DNA of 64,000 nucleotides from NCBI GenBank assembly GCA_965287045.1, contig OZ336873.1:113398001-113462000 (forward strand). Reading direction: 5' to 3'. Below are positions 60,495-64,000 of this stretch, in pieces. The position numbers were made by a program, and so were the translations under genes. Origin of the DNA: Carcharhinus amblyrhynchos. Taxonomy: Eukaryota. Each line of letters starts with the position of its first letter. Positions within the stretch are counted from its first letter, which is position 1. The notes under the pieces were generated by a model, which saw nothing but the letters and a program-made list of their open reading frames with translations, did no database searches and was not told the DNA's origin.

Positions 60495-62479
60495 AGAAGT
60501 GTGATATGCAGTAGGTCTTTAATCTGGTTTCTGTGATGAATATTGAAGACGTCTCAGACAAGCCAAACTACCAATAAACAGGTGCTGGTAAAATCCAGAA
60601 AGACTCTGCTGCCCACGATTAGGAAGGGAGAGTGGGAAATTCTTGGCAGTCACGATTAATAGGCTGATGCTGAAGGAGAAGACCGATGATAGAAGAGATT
60701 GATGTAGAAAAAGGAATATTTCTTTTAAAGAGGCCCACAAATAGGATGAATGCACTACCATCAAAGATGATCTGCGCCCCTAGAGCACAATGGACATAGA
60801 GCTCCATGGTCGCCAATGTTTTCATAAGACATGGCACTGGAAACAAGAGAGTAATATAGCAGCTAATCTAGCAGCTAAGCCTTTACCTTAGAAACTCTAC
60901 CCTGCAGATTGGTTTCTTCCCTGCATACCCATTAACGATTCACAGACTGATTGTCATCAGATGATTATAAGAAAACTGACAGAAAATATAAAGCTGTTGC
61001 ATGCAAATACAACTTTAATCTCCTCTATCCTCTCCTGAAAGATCTCACTGCAGTATTCTCCCCTCTGAGTCAGTGCGGAGTGAATGCAAGACTGATGCCT
61101 CAAGACTGCTACTTATTATAATCCCAACAGATACCAATAACTTTTAAAAAAGACATTCAAGTTCACTTAAAACTTAAAGGAATTGCATGACAAGATTTTG
61201 AGAATTTAACTGCAACAAACAAATGAAAAACAATGACTAAACTCTATTTTTTGGGCAACTTGTACTCCAAACAAGAATTCCCTTATTAATGCTTTAACAT
61301 GGTGAGGAAGCATTCTCCATGATTATGCTTTACTCTGACTCTTAAGTAATCGGTGTATTCACTCAGAACCAAAATGTTCTCAGCTCCTGAGGTCTTATTT
61401 TCTTTATTTTTAAATTCTAGCCAGATAACTTCTAATCTTGAACTGGCTTTCATGATGATGGATAATGGGAAATCCCTCCCTCTAACCAAAGCCAAGCGGA
61501 TCTTATCGCATTTATATCCTTGCAATCTCAGTGTCTTCAATTCAAGCATTCTTGCATTCTTGCAAGACAAACCACAGAGACTTGCCACTCTGATCACTCT
61601 GCCCTGCCTCTCTCTTTCTCAGATTCTTGCAGATTGAACCTATGAGATTCAATGATTTTTGAGGAAATCTGTAACATTATTCTACAACACTTTTCTATGT
61701 ACTCTTCCCTTCTCAAGATCCACCTGTGTGGCAATGGAACTCACTAGGGCCTTGTATTCATGTAGAAATGCCAGTTGGGTATCCTTTAGACTTTCAGCTC
61801 TATTCAACCTAAAATTAAATAGATAGCTTAAAATAATATTTAGAAAACCTGACATTCCTAAATCTCCCTGAGACTTGGGAGGTTAACAGAATGGTACAGC
61901 TACCCTGACAATTATTTATAGGTGTGAATATCTTGCACCTGCTTCTTGGTAAAACAGCCGGTGGCCACACTGAATCTGTAACAATGAAGCTATCTGGCTT
62001 GTTGTCAGGTAGAATTCAATACAGGCCACTTGACCTCCTTCATCCCAACATGTTTCCTTGAATTAAAAAGACTGTCCCTAAGCATAACAACCTTACAACC
62101 CCTCACATTTGGAGCACTCTTTAGTGCAGTACTGAGGGAGAGCTATATTGTTGAAGGTGCCATCTTGTGGGATGAGATGCTTAAATCTTAACCAAATCTA
62201 CTTTCTTATTTGGATGGCACGATTTAAAGAAGATCAGTGGAGCTCTTCCTGATGCCCTGGCTAACCTTTAACCCTTAGCATCATCACTGAAAGAGATTGG
62301 GGGTTATTTTGGCCAAAGGATGGAAACAGATTATACCAGAGTGCCGTGCTAATGGATTGGATATTATGGTCTACAGCAGAGTGATACTGTTGACTTTGAA
62401 GAAAGCCGTCCACAACGATCTAATGATCTCGCTGCCATGGATTTCCCATTTTCCAATGTCAATTTGTATCTGCCACCAT

Positions 62480-63925
62480 GTCCAGCAACCATGATGCCAT
62501 CAAACAGATTAGCAGCCGAAAGTCGCAAATCACATCGTATGTGACTATGGAAAGAGTAAGCTATCCCTGCCCACTCTTCCTGATCTGTCTGCAGCTTTTG
62601 TAGGGTTGCTTCAAAGACTCTCCAGTGCTGTCCAGCTGGGTGGGACTGCTCTTACCTGGTTCCATTTCTACCTCTCTATCACTAAGGAACCCAAATACAA
62701 TAACTTTTCTTCCTGCTCCCACACCATTGTATTTGGTGACCCATCCAAACATCCATTCTTAGCTCCCTCCTATTTCTCATCTACACGCTACCCCTTGGTG
62801 ACATCATTCAAAAGCACAATGTCAGTTTTTATATGTGTGTTGGTAATACCCAGCTCGCCCTCATTACTACTTTTCTTGAGCCATCACTGTCCCCAAACCA
62901 TCAGACACTTGCCCACCCTCCAGTACAGACAAACAAAAGTTTCCTCCAACTAAATATTGGGAAAACAGAAGCCATTATCTTTATTCCCCATCACCAGCCC
63001 TTGCCACCAACTCCAGCCCTTAAAACTGCCTGGGGTTGAATGATTGGTGTTGTATTTGACCCTGAGATCAGCTTCCTACACAGACTCACATGATCACTGA
63101 AGTGGTCTCTCTTCCTCTCTGTGACTTTACCTGCCTCAACGCTTTTCTCTTTCCTTCATCCATTGCTGGAATCTTATTTGTGTCTTGTGACACTAATAAA
63201 TAAACTTTAAACTTTAGCTGCCAAGGCCATAAGTTCTGGAATTCCCTACAATTCTCTTCTTCTTTACTTCTCGTTTCTCCTTTCAGACGCTCCATCAAAC
63301 TGATCTTTTTGACCAAGCACTTTGGTCAACAGACCTAATATCTCCTCTTGTGCGTCACTGTCACATTTGGCTTGGCAATGCTTGTATCGAATTACAGGAT
63401 GTTTAATCATGTTAAAAGCAGTACATAATTGCAAGTTGCTGTTGTACGTAAAACAAACCATCTGGTAGAGCTTACAAACAACACTCATATCATTTTAGTG
63501 TCCTCTGACACTGATTTTACTACTCTAGATTAGCACAATATAAATTTTGGCTGGCCCCCAGTTTCGAACCTAGACAAACTCAATTTCAGTCAAAACTCTG
63601 CTGCCTATGACTCAAATGTCTCACTATTTCACAGTAACTTCATTGCAGTGTTAATGTAAGCCTTACTTGTGACTAATAACTAAACTGGCACCATGTTTCA
63701 CATATGTACCTTCCCTGTACCTGCTGATCTACATTGGCTTCTGATAATGGAACGACTCAGTTTAAAAAATGTTCATCCCTGCTCTTAAACCCCTTCATGG
63801 CTGCAACACTCCCCATCTCTGTAACCTCATCGAGAATTACAATCTCCCAAGACATCAACCCTCCGTCAATTCTTGCCTCTTGAGCATTCCCGATTACTCC
63901 CATCATTGGCAGCCACGCCATCAGT
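62480..63925 (+). mobile_element. Old L2-clade LINE fragments
   Basis: Degraded DLSAAF, LTWFHFYLS and FLQLNIGKTEAIIF motifs. Related pieces occur on the - strand at ~37340-37540 and ~50500-50650. Confidence 0.7.
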
Positions 63926-64000
63926 GACATGAGGATGCAGTGGTTAGCACTGCTGCCTTGCAGCGCCAAGGACCTGGGTTCGATTCCCAGCTTGGGTCAT

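Noticed and set aside
60619-60846. Strong - strand acceptor (CTCTCTTGTTTCCAG) followed by a 75-aa ORF
   Set aside because: No recognisable homology and no partner exons; the nearest upstream donor leaves an intron of only ~50 nt.
61286-61597. 103-aa ORF on the - strand
   Set aside because: It resembles a decayed CR1 endonuclease (LRLQGY...EVIWLEFKNK), not a host gene.
28000-64000. 3' exon of a convergent neighbour such as HTR2C, expected from mammalian synteny
   Set aside because: No GPCR-like or other host-gene ORF was recognisable on either strand.
1-64000. CRISPR array, prokaryotic operon or RT-based defence system
   Set aside because: The DNA is intron-containing vertebrate sequence. 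All RT ORFs belong to LINE or Gypsy families, and there is no regularly spaced repeat-spacer array.

Overview
Vertebrate genomic DNA, most likely a cartilaginous fish. This is inferred from HE1/V-SINE-like and SacSINE1/DeuSINE-like SINEs and HER1/CR1-like LINEs. One host protein-coding gene can be rebuilt on the + strand: interleukin-13 receptor alpha-2 (il13ra2). It has 9 coding exons between 7125 and 27510, all with GT-AG junctions and consistent phases, giving 1194 nt / 397 aa: signal peptide, three FN3-type domains, WSDWS, a TM helix and a short tail without Box1. A probable non-coding first exon and promoter lie near 2.5 kb. Intron 1 holds a near full-length 7SK snRNA copy. The rest of the window (28-64 kb) is intergenic and repeat-dense: many CR1 LINE fragments, a decayed two-LTR Gypsy element, Rex1/Babar and L2 fragments, Penelope-like pieces, palindromic MITEs, about 20 tRNA-derived SINEs and a tRNA-Asp pseudogene. 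Most ORFs in the supplied track are repeat-derived or spurious. I found no convincing new protein-coding system. The most interesting signals are RNA-level or structural: inverted repeats bracketing il13ra2 exons, a splice route to a soluble decoy receptor, a LINE carrying a V-SINE core in its 3'UTR, and several local template-switch duplications. Repeat boundaries are approximate and family names were assigned by eye.
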